From positions 2,240,001 through 2,304,000 of the forward strand of contig CAWGHO010000002.1 of the NCBI GenBank assembly GCA_963822445.1: a stretch of 64,000 nt of DNA, given 5' to 3'. The stretch comes from an uncultured Acidobacteriota bacterium (GTDB lineage: Bacteria > Acidobacteriota > Thermoanaerobaculia > Gp7-AA8). Of the stretch, positions 10,506 to 21,265 are shown piece by piece. The notes beneath the pieces were generated by a model that had not been told where the DNA came from, ran no database searches, and worked only from the letters and a program-made list of their open reading frames with translations. How positions within the stretch are numbered: position 1 is the stretch's first letter; the number at the start of each line of letters is the position of its first letter. The position numbers and the translations under genes were made by a program.

Positions 10506-11414
10506 ATGAACTGCCTCGAAACCTCCGACCTTTCCCACCGCTTCGCCAACCACGACGTCCTTTCCGGCGTGAGTCTCGAGGTCCCCACCGGCAGTATTTA
10601 CGGCTTTCTCGGACCGAACGGCGCCGGCAAGACGACCACCCTCCGCCTGATCCTCGGCCTGCTGAAAACACAGCGCGGCGAGATCCGGATTTTCGGCCAG
10701 CGCTTCGATACGAACCGCATCGCAATCCTCCGAAACGTCGGCTCGATGATCGAGAGCCCGTCGCTTTACGACCATCTGACCGCCGTCGAGAACCTGCGGC
10801 TGCTGCAGCTCATCCATCGCTGTCCCGACAGCCGCATTCGCGAAGTGCTGGAACTGGTCGGATTGCAGAACACGGGAAAGAAACGCGCGAAGCAGTTCTC
10901 GCTGGGCATGCGGCAACGGCTGTCGATCGCCGCGGCGCTGCTGCACCGGCCCTCGCTGATCATCCTCGATGAGCCGACGAACGGTCTCGACCCGAACGGC
11001 ATCATCGACATCCGCAATCTGCTGATCGAGCTCAATCGCCGCGACGGTTGCACGATCCTCGTCTCGAGCCATCTGCTGGCGGAGATCGAGAGACTGGCCA
11101 CGCACGTGGGGATTCTCGGGAAAGGGAAGCTGCTGTTTCAGGGAACGATCGACGAGCTGCGGCGGCACCGCCAGGAAGTCACGTCGATCCAGATTTCCAC
11201 CAGCGACAACGACGACGCGGTGCGCGCGATCAACGAGCACGGCATCGCCGCGCGACTGGTCAATGGCGAAGTGGTTCTTCCGGCGCTCACCCGCGATCGC
11301 ATCGCGGCGCTGAATCGGCAACTGAACGCGCGCAATCTCGACGTCTACGAGATCCGGACCGTTCGGAATGATCTGGAAACGATCTTTCTGAACCTGGTCG
11401 GGAGCGGCGAATGA
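10506..11414 (+). CDS. ABC transporter ATP-binding protein (BcrA/LanF-like)
   Basis: GPNGAGKTT, FSLGMRQRL, ILDEPTNGLD, SSH. Confidence 0.93.
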   Translation: MNCLETSDLSHRFANHDVLSGVSLEVPTGSIYGFLGPNGAGKTTTLRLILGLLKTQRGEIRIFGQRFDTNRIAILRNVGSMIESPSLYDHLTAVENLRLLQLIHRCPDSRIREVLELVGLQNTGKKRAKQFSLGMRQRLSIAAALLHRPSLIILDEPTNGLDPNGIIDIRNLLIELNRRDGCTILVSSHLLAEIERLATHVGILGKGKLLFQGTIDELRRHRQEVTSIQISTSDNDDAVRAINEHGIAARLVNGEVVLPALTRDRIAALNRQLNARNLDVYEIRTVRNDLETIFLNLVGSGE

Positions 11415-12199
11415 GTGGCGCGACGTTCGTGCACGCGTTTCAAGGCGAGTGGCTGAAACGGAAGCGGAGTTTCGCCTCGGTCATGGTGATCGCGGGAAGT
11501 CTCTTCACGCCGGCGATCGTCGCCGCGGTGCGTCTGATTCACCATCGCGGTCTGCCGAAACTCTATGCGGCGGATGGTTTCTGGCCGGCCATGTGGCGGG
11601 CCTGCTGGGAGTCGATGGCAATCTTTTTTCTACCGCTCGGTGTGATCCTGGCGACGAGTCTGATCACCCAGATCGAGTTCAAGAGCAACGCCTGGAAACA
11701 GGTTCACGCGCTTCCCGTCAGCGCGGCGGTGATCTTCCTGTCCAAGCTCGCGGTGATTCTCGTGATGATGGCTCAGTTCCTGGCGCTGTTTACGGTGGGC
11801 ATCTACGTTTCGGCGATGATTCCCTGGCTGCTCGTGCCCGGCGTGCCGTATCCGAAGGGCAGCTTTCTGGAGCTGCCGTTACTGAGGGAGAACGCGCTCT
11901 ACTTCGTCGGCTGCCTGCCGATCATCGCCGCGCAATATCTGATGGCGTTGCGCTCGAACAACGTCCTGATCCCGATCGGCATCGGCTTCATGGCCTGGAT
12001 CGGCGCGATCGCCTCCGTCTCCTCGCGCTTCGCGGTGTGGTGGCCGTACGGCTACACGATCATCCATTACGTGCGGGACAAACCGAAAGGCGCGCATCTC
12101 GCGGCCTTCACGCAACTGCACTGGCTGGCAGGAGCGTTCTTCGTCGTCCTGACGATCGTCAGTTACGTGCTCTTCATTACGAAGAGTGAGAAGGGATAA
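11411..12199 (+). CDS. ABC-2 type permease (BcrB/LanE-like)
   Basis: EWLKRKR start, IEFKSNAWKQ motif, six TM segments; ATGA overlap with ATPase. Confidence 0.8.
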   Translation: MSGATFVHAFQGEWLKRKRSFASVMVIAGSLFTPAIVAAVRLIHHRGLPKLYAADGFWPAMWRACWESMAIFFLPLGVILATSLITQIEFKSNAWKQVHALPVSAAVIFLSKLAVILVMMAQFLALFTVGIYVSAMIPWLLVPGVPYPKGSFLELPLLRENALYFVGCLPIIAAQYLMALRSNNVLIPIGIGFMAWIGAIASVSSRFAVWWPYGYTIIHYVRDKPKGAHLAAFTQLHWLAGAFFVVLTIVSYVLFITKSEKG

Positions 12200-12216
12200 G
12201 GCGTAAAATCACGGCC

Positions 12217-12768
12217 ATGGCGCTGCAGGCCACGACCAAGCTGACGTACGACGACTACGTGCTCATCCCGGATGACGGTCTGCGTCACGAGATCATCGAT
12301 GGGGAGCATCATGTGAATCCCGCCCCGAACGTTCGTCACCAGCGCATCTCTGGACGCATTTTCCGAGCAGTCGCGGACTTCGTCGACGAGCAGGATCTCG
12401 GCGACGTCTTTTACTCGCCGATCGACGTGGTTTTCTCGAAGCACAACGTCGTTCAGCCCGATCTTCTCTTCGTGCGAAAAGCCAGCGTCGCCGATGTTGA
12501 CGGCGCGTTCGTGAAGGTCGTGCCGGACCTCGTGATCGAGATTCTTTCGATCAGCAATCGCAGGCACGACGAAGTTCGCAAGCTGAAGGTTTACGACACC
12601 TTCAAGGTCCCCGAGTACTGGATCGTCGACCCGGAAGACGATCTCGTGAGCATCTATCGGCGTCGCAGCGAGACTCTAACCCTCGTAGAGAAAGTCGATG
12701 TCGACGGCACGATCACCTCGCCGCTGTTTCCCGGGTTTGCGCTGTCGGCGCACGCCGTGTTCGCGTAG
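12217..12768 (+). CDS. Uma2 family (PD-(D/E)xK) endonuclease
   Basis: RHEIIDG, PAPNVRHQ, VVQPDL, PDLVIEILS, EYWIVDP. Confidence 0.92.
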   Translation: MALQATTKLTYDDYVLIPDDGLRHEIIDGEHHVNPAPNVRHQRISGRIFRAVADFVDEQDLGDVFYSPIDVVFSKHNVVQPDLLFVRKASVADVDGAFVKVVPDLVIEILSISNRRHDEVRKLKVYDTFKVPEYWIVDPEDDLVSIYRRRSETLTLVEKVDVDGTITSPLFPGFALSAHAVFA

Positions 12769-12772
12769 CCCC

Positions 12773-12841
12773 GTGTAGTGTGGGCCTCTGGCCTACTTCC
12801 GGGCGGGGGAACGAAAGGTAGGCCGGAGGCCCACACTACAC
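12773..12841. repeat. REP doublet (REPIN-like) inverted repeat
   Basis: gtgtagtgtgggcctctggcctac ... gtaggccggaggcccacactacac between convergent genes; GTAG at ends. Confidence 0.75.
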
Positions 12842-12843
12842 CG

Positions 12844-14340
12844 TCACAGCCGGCCCGTGATCTCCGCGAGCCGCCGCAACTTCTCCGCGTGCTCGCGCGT
12901 CAACGCCCCGAGTTGCAGACGCCAGCTCCAGTTGCCATGCTCGGCGCCGGGGCGGTTCATGCGGCCTTCGCTACCGAGTCCGAGGATGTCCTGGACGGGG
13001 ACGACCGCGACTTCGGCGACGGAGGTGTAGGCGGTGCGGATCAGGCCCCAGGCGATGTCGGTTTCGTCGCAGCCGAGGTAGTCGCGCGAGCCTTCGCGCT
13101 CGAGCTCGGGGGCCGCGGCGAACCAGCCTCTGGCCGTGTCGTTGTCATGCGTGCCCGTGTAGACCACGGTGCGCGGCTCGAAGCGATGCGGGAGGTGGGG
13201 GCTGTCGATCTGCGCGAACGCGAACTGCAGGATGCGCATGCCCGGCACATCGATCGCCTGCCGCAGCTCATGCACATCCTCGGTGATGAACCCGAGATCC
13301 TCGGCGATGAGGGGCAGATCCCCGAGGGCCGCGCGAATTGCGTCGAACAGCGCCTTGCCCGGACCGGGCATCCAGCGGCCGTGAATCGCGGTCGGCTCGC
13401 TCGCCGGGATTTCCCAGTACGCGGCGAATCCGCGGAAATGATCGAGGCGGACGATGTCCGCGAACCGCAGATTCGCGCGCACGCGCTCGATCCACCATTT
13501 GTAATTCGTCTCGCGGAGCTTCTCCCAGCGATACAGCGGATTGCCCCAGCGCTGGCCGGTCTCGCTGAAGTAATCGGGCGGCACGCCGGCGACGACGGTC
13601 GGACGGCCCTTCGCGTCGAGCTCGAACAGCTCGCGATTGCCCCAGACGTCGGCGCTGTCCCACGCCACGTAAATCGGGATGTCGCCGATGATCTTGATTC
13701 CTCGCGCGTGCGCGGCCTCGCGCACGTCCTGCCATTGTTTGAAGAAGAGGAACTGCGTGAAGCGCCAGAACGCGATGTCGTCCGCGAGCTCCGTCCGCGC
13801 GATGTCGAGAGCCTTGGTGTCGCGACGCGCCAGCTTCGCTTCCCACTCCCACCACGGCGCACCGCCGGCACGTTCTTTCAGGGACATGAACAGCGCGTAG
13901 TCATCGAGCCAATCGCATTGCTCGGGCGCGTCGCAGAACGTGTCGAGCGACACGTGATCCTCGAAACGTTTCCACGCCTTTCGCAGCAATCCGTATTTCA
14001 GCTCGCAGACCTGCTCGAACTCCACGCGATCGTCGGGAAACGTCGGCAGATCCGAAACGTCCGCAGCCTCGAGCAACTCGTCCTGCAGCAATTTCTGGGG
14101 CGAGATCAACAACGGATTGCCGGCGAACGACGACAGGCATCCGTAAGGCGAGTAGCCGTATCCCGGCGGATTGAGCGGCAGCACCTGCCACATGCGCATG
14201 CCCGCGTTCGCGGCCCAGTCGAGGAAGGCCACGAGGTGATTGCCGACGTCGCCGATGCCGTAAACGCCGGGCAACGACGTCGGATGCAGGAGCACGCCCG
14301 CGCTGCGGCCCGTGCTCGGAGGATGAACCGTGGTGTGCAT
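12844..14340 (-). CDS. malQ: 4-alpha-glucanotransferase (amylomaltase, GH77)
   Basis: GVLLHPTSLPG, WQVLPL, GDIPIYV, AGVPPDYFSETGQRWGNP, RLDHFRG, AEDLG, YTGTHDND. Confidence 0.95.
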   Translation of the reverse strand: MHTTVHPPSTGRSAGVLLHPTSLPGVYGIGDVGNHLVAFLDWAANAGMRMWQVLPLNPPGYGYSPYGCLSSFAGNPLLISPQKLLQDELLEAADVSDLPTFPDDRVEFEQVCELKYGLLRKAWKRFEDHVSLDTFCDAPEQCDWLDDYALFMSLKERAGGAPWWEWEAKLARRDTKALDIARTELADDIAFWRFTQFLFFKQWQDVREAAHARGIKIIGDIPIYVAWDSADVWGNRELFELDAKGRPTVVAGVPPDYFSETGQRWGNPLYRWEKLRETNYKWWIERVRANLRFADIVRLDHFRGFAAYWEIPASEPTAIHGRWMPGPGKALFDAIRAALGDLPLIAEDLGFITEDVHELRQAIDVPGMRILQFAFAQIDSPHLPHRFEPRTVVYTGTHDNDTARGWFAAAPELEREGSRDYLGCDETDIAWGLIRTAYTSVAEVAVVPVQDILGLGSEGRMNRPGAEHGNWSWRLQLGALTREHAEKLRRLAEITGRL

Positions 14341-14353
14341 GCGGACGCGGATC

Positions 14354-16749
14354 TTAAACGCGAAGTGTCGCGCGCGCGTCGGTGGTGATGGACAGTTTCT
14401 CGCCGAGCGTATCGAAGAGCTCGATCCAGTGACGCGCCGCTTCGTTCTGCGCAGCGGACGCTTCAATGGCGCCGCGAACCGCTTTGCGCATCCGGTAGTA
14501 ACGGTTCTGCGCCGCTCGGAGATCGACGGCCAGGTTCGCTTCCCGGACGATGCTCACCAGCGACTCCAGCGTCTCGAGCCGATCGGCGTCATCCGGACGC
14601 TCGCGGAAAAGCTCCGATGCCCGCTCGATCGCGCGGCGGAAGGCCATCAGCGTCGTTTCATCGAGGGTGACGCTTTCCTCGCGCGCCTCGCGCAAGCGAA
14701 CCTCGATCTCCGCAAGCGGCAAAGGATCTTCGTCAACCAGCCGGCGGATCTGCAGATTGAGGTCGAACTCGGCCGCGGTGCGCAGGACTTTCGGGACGGG
14801 GATGCCCAGGCGGTTGTGGAAGCGGACCAGCGGGTCGTAGCGCTCGTGCAACTGGCGGAATGTCGACTCCGCCTCGTCGAGCGTCGTGTTCAGCAGATCG
14901 TGCAGGAGGCGCCTCTGTTCGTCGCGGAACAGCGAGCGGATGGAGAGCGGCGTCTCTCCGAAATGCTGGTCGAGCAGGCGGATGACGTGCGGGATCTCGC
15001 CCGGTTCCATCGCCTCGGCCAGCTTCGCGCGAACCTCCTCGAAATCCTGACCGGCAGGTCGGATGCCGCCGGTGAGCTCCGTTTCGCCGAGGTGGAGGAC
15101 GGCCAGGTCGAAGGCGGCGGTTTCGTGGGTGATCGTCGAGCGCACTTCGATCGATCCGAGGCCCATGCGCGCGCGGCCGGCCTTGTGAATCTCGAAATCG
15201 CGGCGGAAGACGTCGTAGCAGTAGACCTGGGTGCGGTCGTCGAAGCGTGTCGAAGAGCGAAAGCACCGCGTAATGCGCGGCGACGCGGCGCAGGTCGAGG
15301 CGGGCCGCAATGACGTCACGCTCGTAGATCTGCCGCGCATTTCCGCGCTCCGGCACATTGCTGCGCGCGGGCTGAGAGCAGGTCGAGGAAATGCGGCTCG
15401 ATCGACGTTCCCGAGATGCGCTCGGCGAGTTGAATCACGCGGCCGGCGTAATGCAACACCTGCACGGTCTCGATCCCGGAGATGTCGCTGAAGAACCAGC
15501 CGCAGCTCGTGTACATGAGCATCGCGTTGCGCTGCATCTCCAGCAGCTCGAGGATCGTGTTCACCTGCGGCGCGTCGCCGACGGCGTGACGCAGCACGAA
15601 GCGGGCGACGCTCTCGTCGGAGCGGTCGAGGATCACGTCGACGTAGTCCTCGCGCGCCGCCCAGGGATCGCGGAGCACGCGCGCGCCATGCTGCTCGAAG
15701 ATGATGGCCACTTCGTCGCGCAACCAGTCGAGTGCGATCCGCAACGGCGTGCGCCATTGCTGGTTCCAGCCGTGCGCGCTGCCGGTGTTGCATCCGCAGT
15801 CGCTGCGCCAGCGCTCGACGCCGTGCGCGCAACTCCAGGACGTGCGCTCGACGATCTGCACCTCGCGCGTGGGCGGATGCTTGGCCAGATGTTCCGCGTA
15901 GTTGGTCAGCTCGGCCAGCTTGTGGTCCTCGATGTACTTCAGCGCGTAGGCGAGGGCCATCTCCCCGAAACGGTGATGGTGGCCGTACGTCTCGCCGTCC
16001 GTGGCAATGCTCACCAGTTGCGGATGCGTGCGCGTGTCGCCGAACGCTCCTGCCAGGCGATGAGCGAGATTCTCGCCCTGCGCGAGCAGCTGTTCGAACG
16101 CGACCGCCCGCGAGATCGGCCCGTCGTAGAAGACGATGGCGATCGACGCACCTGAGGGGAGGCGGCAGATGTAGGGCTGTGTGGGGTCGACCGCGAAGCC
16201 GTCCCACCTGGCCTGATGCGGTTCGAGAATGGTGAAGGCGATCCCTTCCGCGGCGAGCGCTTCCAGCGAGGCGATGTCCACCGCCGTCTCGGCGAGCCAC
16301 ATGCCCTCGGGCTTGCGGCCGAAGCGGCACTCGAAATCGCGCACGCCCCACCGAACCTGCGTGCGCTGATCGCGCGCGTTGGCCAGCGGAAGAATGATGT
16401 GGTTGTAAGCCTGGGCGATGGCGTTCCCGTGACCGGAGAAACGCTCGCGGGAGATGCGATCGGCGTCGATGATCGCCGCATAGCGTTTCCGTCGCGATCG
16501 TGCCAGCCAGCTCAGAAGCGTCGGACCGAAGTTGAAACTGATCGAGGCGTAATTGTTGTCGATGGCCCGGATGCGATCGACGTCATCGAGAATCCGCGCG
16601 GTCGCGTTCGGTTCATAGCACTCGGTCGTAATGCGCTCGTTCCAGTCATGGTAAGGAAACGCCGAGTCCTGCGTCTCCACCGCCTCCAGCCATGGATTCT
16701 CCCGCGGCGGCTGATAGAAATGGCCGTGGATGGTGATGAAGCGGTTCAT
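14354..16749 (-). CDS. GH57 family glycoside hydrolase with DUF3536 (frameshifts near 15370 and 15250)
   Basis: IHGHFYQPPRENPW, QAYNHIILPLA, GMWLAETAVD, ATDGETYGHH, SWSCAHGVERW, MYTSCGWFF. Confidence 0.85.
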
Positions 16750-16768
16750 TGGGGGGATCGTATCGTGC

Positions 16769-16844
16769 GTTACGGGGTTGCGGGGTTACGAGGTTACGAG
16801 GTAGGAAATCCCCCGTAACCTCGCGACCCCGTAACCCCGCAACC
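16769..16844. repeat. Inverted array of 8-bp units (GTTACGRG)x4 / spacer / reverse complement x4
   Basis: gttacggg gttgcggg gttacgag gttacgag ... cccgtaac ctcgcgac cccgtaac cccgcaac. Confidence 0.85.
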
Positions 16845-16888
16845 ATTTGCGTATACAGTCCCTCCACTTCGCAACAAGGAGACAATTC

Positions 16889-17758
16889 ATGGCTGATTCA
16901 CAGTTGCAGGAGCTCGCCGACGTACTGCGAAAGAACGAGGCGGCGATTCTTCAGGAGTGGCTGCGGCTGCAGGAGCAGAACCTCTCCATGCGGAACAACC
17001 TCCTCAAGGCGGGTGAGCTGGAGCAGCAGTGCCGCGAGTTCCTGACCGTTCTCGGACGCGCGTTCGCGTCCGCGCGCGATGCCGACGTCATGACTTCCGA
17101 GGCCTGGGCACCTGTGCGCGAAGTCGTGGCGGGGATCTCGAAGTCGCGCGCGCGGCAGGGGTTCACACCCGTCGAGACCGCGCTTTTCGTTTTCTCGCTC
17201 AAGCAGGCGTTCTTCGAAGCGATCCGCCGCGATGCGACCGGCGACGATCTGGCCGAGCGCATCTGGGTTGCGACGGTGATTCTCGACGCGCTCGGACTCT
17301 TCACCACCGAGACCTACCAGAAGGGCCGCGAAGAGATCATCAATCGCCAGCAGCAGGAACTGCTCGAGCTTTCCACTCCGGTCGTGCAACTCTGGCGCGG
17401 GATCCTGGCCGTTCCGCTGATCGGCACGCTCGACAGCGCGCGCACGCAGGTGGTCATGGAAAGCCTGCTGCAGACCATCGTCGAGACCGAAAGCTCCATC
17501 GCCATCATCGACATCACCGGCGTGCCGGTCGTCGACACGCTCGTCGCGCAGCATCTGCTCAAGACCGTGGCCGCGGCGCGGCTCATGGGCGCGGACTGCA
17601 TCATCAGCGGCATCCGTCCCCAGATCGCCCAGACCATCGTCCACCTCGGCGTGGAAATCTCCGACGTCATCACCAAAGCGACCATCGCCGACGCCTTCGC
17701 CATCGCGCTGGGCCGGCTCGGACTGACCATCTCCAGGCGTCCGGCCGGGGCGGTGTAG
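16889..17758 (+). CDS. rsbR: Stressosome scaffold/sensor RsbR (N-terminal globin-like domain + STAS)
   Basis: ELSTPVVQLW, PLIGTLDSARTQ, IDITGVPVVDTLVAQHL; SD AAGGAG upstream. Confidence 0.92.
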   Translation: MADSQLQELADVLRKNEAAILQEWLRLQEQNLSMRNNLLKAGELEQQCREFLTVLGRAFASARDADVMTSEAWAPVREVVAGISKSRARQGFTPVETALFVFSLKQAFFEAIRRDATGDDLAERIWVATVILDALGLFTTETYQKGREEIINRQQQELLELSTPVVQLWRGILAVPLIGTLDSARTQVVMESLLQTIVETESSIAIIDITGVPVVDTLVAQHLLKTVAAARLMGADCIISGIRPQIAQTIVHLGVEISDVITKATIADAFAIALGRLGLTISRRPAGAV

Positions 17759-17761
17759 GTC

Positions 17762-18157
17762 ATGGAACGGATTCCCATTCTGAAGATGGGGAGATTTCTC
17801 CTCGTCTCCATCCAGGTCGACATGGACGACCGCACGGCGATGAACCTGCAGGACGATCTCACCACGCAGATCGTGAAGCAGCGCGCGCGGGGCGTGCTCA
17901 TCGACATCTCCGGCCTCGACGTCGTCGATTCCTTCATCGGGCGCATGCTCGCCAACACCGCGGCCATGGCTCGCGTGCTCGACGCGGAGACGGTGGTCGT
18001 CGGCATGCAACCCTCGGTCGCCATCACCTTCGTCGAGCTCGGCCTGTCCCTGACCGGCGTGCGCTCCGCTCTGAACGTCGAGCGGGGCATGATCCTCCTT
18101 CAGGAAATCGCCGGTCGTGACGTCACAGGTCTCTCGGATGCCGGCGACGAAGACTGA
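17762..18157 (+). CDS. rsbS: Stressosome STAS protein RsbS
   Basis: MERIPILKMG, LIDISGLDVVDSFIGRML with conserved Ser. Confidence 0.92.
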   Translation: MERIPILKMGRFLLVSIQVDMDDRTAMNLQDDLTTQIVKQRARGVLIDISGLDVVDSFIGRMLANTAAMARVLDAETVVVGMQPSVAITFVELGLSLTGVRSALNVERGMILLQEIAGRDVTGLSDAGDED

Positions 18158-18551
18158 GACGCTGTCGGTCAACGCAGGAGCGGAAGTCGTCAGCGTCCGC
18201 CATCGTGTGCGGAGCTTTGCCGTGGAGCTGGGCTTCAGCCTCGTGGAGCAGACCAAGATCGTCACCGCCGCCAGCGAGCTGGCGCGCAACATGGTCGATT
18301 ACGGCCGCGGCGGCGTCGTGACCATCGAAGCGCTGGACGAGGGGAGCCGCAAAGGCTTGCGGCTGACCTTCAAGGATCACGGGCCGGGCATCCCCAACAT
18401 TCAGGACGCGCTGCGCGACGGTTTCACCACTGGCTCGGGCATGGGCCTCGGCCTCGGCGGCGCGAAACGGCTCTCCAACGAGTTCGACATTCAATCGGCG
18501 CCGGGACAGGGCACGACGGTGACGATCGCGCGCTGGCGAGGTGGTACGTGA
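18138..18551 (+). CDS. rsbT: Anti-sigma-like Ser/Thr kinase RsbT
   Basis: TKIVTAASELARN, DHGPGI, DGFTTGSGMGLGLGGAKRL. Confidence 0.92.
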   Translation: MPATKTETLSVNAGAEVVSVRHRVRSFAVELGFSLVEQTKIVTAASELARNMVDYGRGGVVTIEALDEGSRKGLRLTFKDHGPGIPNIQDALRDGFTTGSGMGLGLGGAKRLSNEFDIQSAPGQGTTVTIARWRGGT

Positions 18552-19516
18552 TCGTCCACGTCTCCGACGGCAGCCAGGTCGCGCAGGCGCGGCGGATGGC
18601 GACGCAGCTCGCGCAGTCGCTGCGTTTCGGCGAGACCGCGGCGGGCAAAGCGGCCCTGGTGGCGACGGAGCTCGCGACGAACCTGCTCAAACACGGCGGC
18701 GGCGGGTCGATCCTTTTCTCGAAAGATGAAGTGCTGACGCTCGTCGCGATCGACAAGGGCCGCGGAATCGCCAACGTCGATGCCGCGCTGCGCGATGGCT
18801 TTTCGACAGCCGGCAGTCCGGGCACCGGTCTCGGCGCGATCTCCCGCGCCGCTGATTCGTTCGACGTGTATTCGCTTCCCGGTCAGGGGACGGCCGTGCT
18901 GTGCAAGGTGATCGAGAAGTCGATCGACGAGACGCCGATCCGCGTCGGTGGCGTGTGCATCGCGAAACCGAGCGAAGAGGTCTCGGGCGACGCCTGGACC
19001 GCGGTCACGTCATCCGAGGGTTTCGTGACCATCGCCGCGGTCGATGGGCTTGGCCACGGACCGTTTGCCGCGACCGCGTCGACCTCTGCCGTACGGATCA
19101 TTGCCGACCGCGCTGAAGCGACGCTCGAGACCATCCTGGCCGATGCGCATGCCGCGCTGCGGCCGACGCGTGGCGCCGCGGTGGGCATCGCCCGCATTCA
19201 TCCGGCGTTGAAGCGGATCGACTTTGCCGGAGTGGGGAACATCGCCGGTGGGGTAGTCTCGGAGGACGTGACCCGGCGCGTGGTCTCGCTGCCGGGCATC
19301 GTCGGCCACGAGATGCGCAAAGTGCAGACGTTTTCGTATCCCTGGACTCCGTCGTCGGTTCTGATCGTCCACTCGGACGGCATCTCCGGCAGCTGGAATC
19401 TGGCGAACTATCCCGGTCTGACGCAGCACGATCCCGCGCTCATCGCCGCGGTCCTCTACCGCGATTTCTGCCGCGGCACCGACGACGCGACGGTGGTGGT
19501 CGCAAAGGGCGCGTAG
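18548..19516 (+). CDS. RsbT-like ATPase fused to SpoIIE/PP2C phosphatase (RsbX-like)
   Basis: ATELATNLLKH, DKGRGI, GTGLGA; then SGD, VDGLGHG, HSDGI, DDATVVV. Confidence 0.85.
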   Translation: MIVHVSDGSQVAQARRMATQLAQSLRFGETAAGKAALVATELATNLLKHGGGGSILFSKDEVLTLVAIDKGRGIANVDAALRDGFSTAGSPGTGLGAISRAADSFDVYSLPGQGTAVLCKVIEKSIDETPIRVGGVCIAKPSEEVSGDAWTAVTSSEGFVTIAAVDGLGHGPFAATASTSAVRIIADRAEATLETILADAHAALRPTRGAAVGIARIHPALKRIDFAGVGNIAGGVVSEDVTRRVVSLPGIVGHEMRKVQTFSYPWTPSSVLIVHSDGISGSWNLANYPGLTQHDPALIAAVLYRDFCRGTDDATVVVAKGA

Positions 19517-21265
19517 ATGTCGATCACTCCGCTCTCGTCGATCTCGCTGGCCTTCGACTACGACGTCGTGGCCGCGCGCCGGCGCGCCCGGCAGATCGCG
19601 GCGCTCCTCCGTTTCGACGATCAGGATCAGACGCGCATCGCCACGGTCGCGTCGGAGCTCGCGCGGAACGCCCTTCGTTACAGCAGCGGGGGACGCATCG
19701 AGTTCGCGGTCGATCATCGCAGCGACGCGCAGTCACTGATGATCACCGTTTCCGATCGCGGGCCGGGCATCGCGAATCTCGACGAAGTGCTGAGCGGCAA
19801 CTATCACTCCGACACCGGAATGGGAATCGGCCTCCTCGGCGCCCGCCGCCTGATGGACGACTTCGACGTGCGCACCGCCGCCGGCAGCGGAACGACGGTC
19901 GTCGTCAAGAAGCGCCTTCCCGCGAGCGCGAAGCCGCTGACTTCGCGGGCACTGGCGGGCCTGGTCGACGAGCTCGCGCAGCAAAAGCCGGAGAGTCCGC
20001 TCGAGGAGATTCAGCAGCAGAACGCCGAGCTTCTCCGCGCGCTCGCTCAGCTCAACGAGCGGCAGGAACAACTGGAGCGGCTGAACCAGGAGCTCGAGGA
20101 CACGAACCGCGGCGTGCTCGCCCTGTACGCCGAGCTCGATGAAAAAGCGGAATCGCTGCGGCGCTCCGACCAGGTCAAGTCGCGGTTCCTCTCCGACATG
20201 AGCCACGAGTTCCGCACGCCGGTGAACTCGATCCTTGCCCTCACGCGCCTGCTCGACGACAACGTCAGCACCGATGACGCGCGCAAACAGGTCTCGCTCA
20301 TCCGCCGCGCCGCGGAAGACCTGGAGAGCCTGGTCAGCGACCTGCTCGATCTCGCCAAAATCGAGGCGGGCAAGATCGACATCCGGCCCGCGGAGTTCGA
20401 GGTGGCCACGCTTTTCAGCGCGGTCCGGGGCATGCTCCGCCCGCTGCTGCTGAATCGGTCGCTGTCGATGGTCTTCGAAGAGCCGGAAGAGCTGGTGATG
20501 TACACCGACGAGGGGAAGGTCTCGCAGATCCTGCGGAACTTCATCTCGAACGCGCTGAAGTACACGGAGTCCGGCGAGATTCGCGTGACCGCGCAGGTGA
20601 AGCCGGATGGAACGAACGTGCGTTTCTGCGTCTCCGATACGGGCATCGGCATCGAGCCGGCGGATCAGGAACGGATCTTCGAGGAGTTCACCCAGATCGA
20701 CAATCCGCTGCAGACGAAATCAAAAGGCACGGGACTCGGACTGCCGCTCACGCGCAAGCTGGCGTCACTCCTCGGCGGCACGGTCGGCGTGAAGAGCACG
20801 CCGCGCGTCGGCTCGACGTTCTGGGCGGAGATTCCGATCCGGTACGCGAAGCTCGACAAGGTTGCGGCGCCCGCGGCGGTGATCGACGAGAACGCAACGC
20901 TGCGCATCCTCGTCGTCGACGACGATGAGACCGCGCGCTACGCCGTGTCGAGCTTCGCTGCGCGGCCGGGCACGAGCATCATCGAGGCGGAGAACGGGCT
21001 GGTCGGGATCTCCCGCGCCCAGAACGACCATCCGGACATCATCCTGCTCGACCTGATGATGCCCGGCGTCGGCGGCCACGAAGTTCTGCAGCGGCTGAAG
21101 AGCGATCCGATGACCGCGTCGATTCCGGTCATCGTCATCACCTCGCGTTTCGTGAACGACGCCGAACGGAAGCAGATCCTGTCGAAGGCCGCGACCGTGA
21201 TCTACAAGGGCGATCTTTCGCGCGAAACGGTGATCACGGCGATCGACGCCGCGCTGTCAGCGTGA
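19517..21265 (+). CDS. Hybrid histidine kinase: RsbT-like ATPase + coiled coil + HisKA + HATPase + receiver
   Basis: ASELARNA..DRGPGI; MSHEFRTP; NFISNALKYT; DTGIGI; GTGLGL; ILVVDDD..LLDLMMP. Confidence 0.9.
   Translation: MSITPLSSISLAFDYDVVAARRRARQIAALLRFDDQDQTRIATVASELARNALRYSSGGRIEFAVDHRSDAQSLMITVSDRGPGIANLDEVLSGNYHSDTGMGIGLLGARRLMDDFDVRTAAGSGTTVVVKKRLPASAKPLTSRALAGLVDELAQQKPESPLEEIQQQNAELLRALAQLNERQEQLERLNQELEDTNRGVLALYAELDEKAESLRRSDQVKSRFLSDMSHEFRTPVNSILALTRLLDDNVSTDDARKQVSLIRRAAEDLESLVSDLLDLAKIEAGKIDIRPAEFEVATLFSAVRGMLRPLLLNRSLSMVFEEPEELVMYTDEGKVSQILRNFISNALKYTESGEIRVTAQVKPDGTNVRFCVSDTGIGIEPADQERIFEEFTQIDNPLQTKSKGTGLGLPLTRKLASLLGGTVGVKSTPRVGSTFWAEIPIRYAKLDKVAAPAAVIDENATLRILVVDDDETARYAVSSFAARPGTSIIEAENGLVGISRAQNDHPDIILLDLMMPGVGGHEVLQRLKSDPMTASIPVIVITSRFVNDAERKQILSKAATVIYKGDLSRETVITAIDAALSA

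Noticed and set aside
10506-12199. Lantibiotic biosynthetic cluster
   Set aside because: Only an immunity-type ABC pair; no precursor or modification enzymes nearby
12217-12768. Uma2 nuclease as the mobiliser of the adjacent REP doublet
   Set aside because: Adjacency only; Uma2 genes are commonly multi-copy and known REP mobilisers are HUH (RAYT) enzymes
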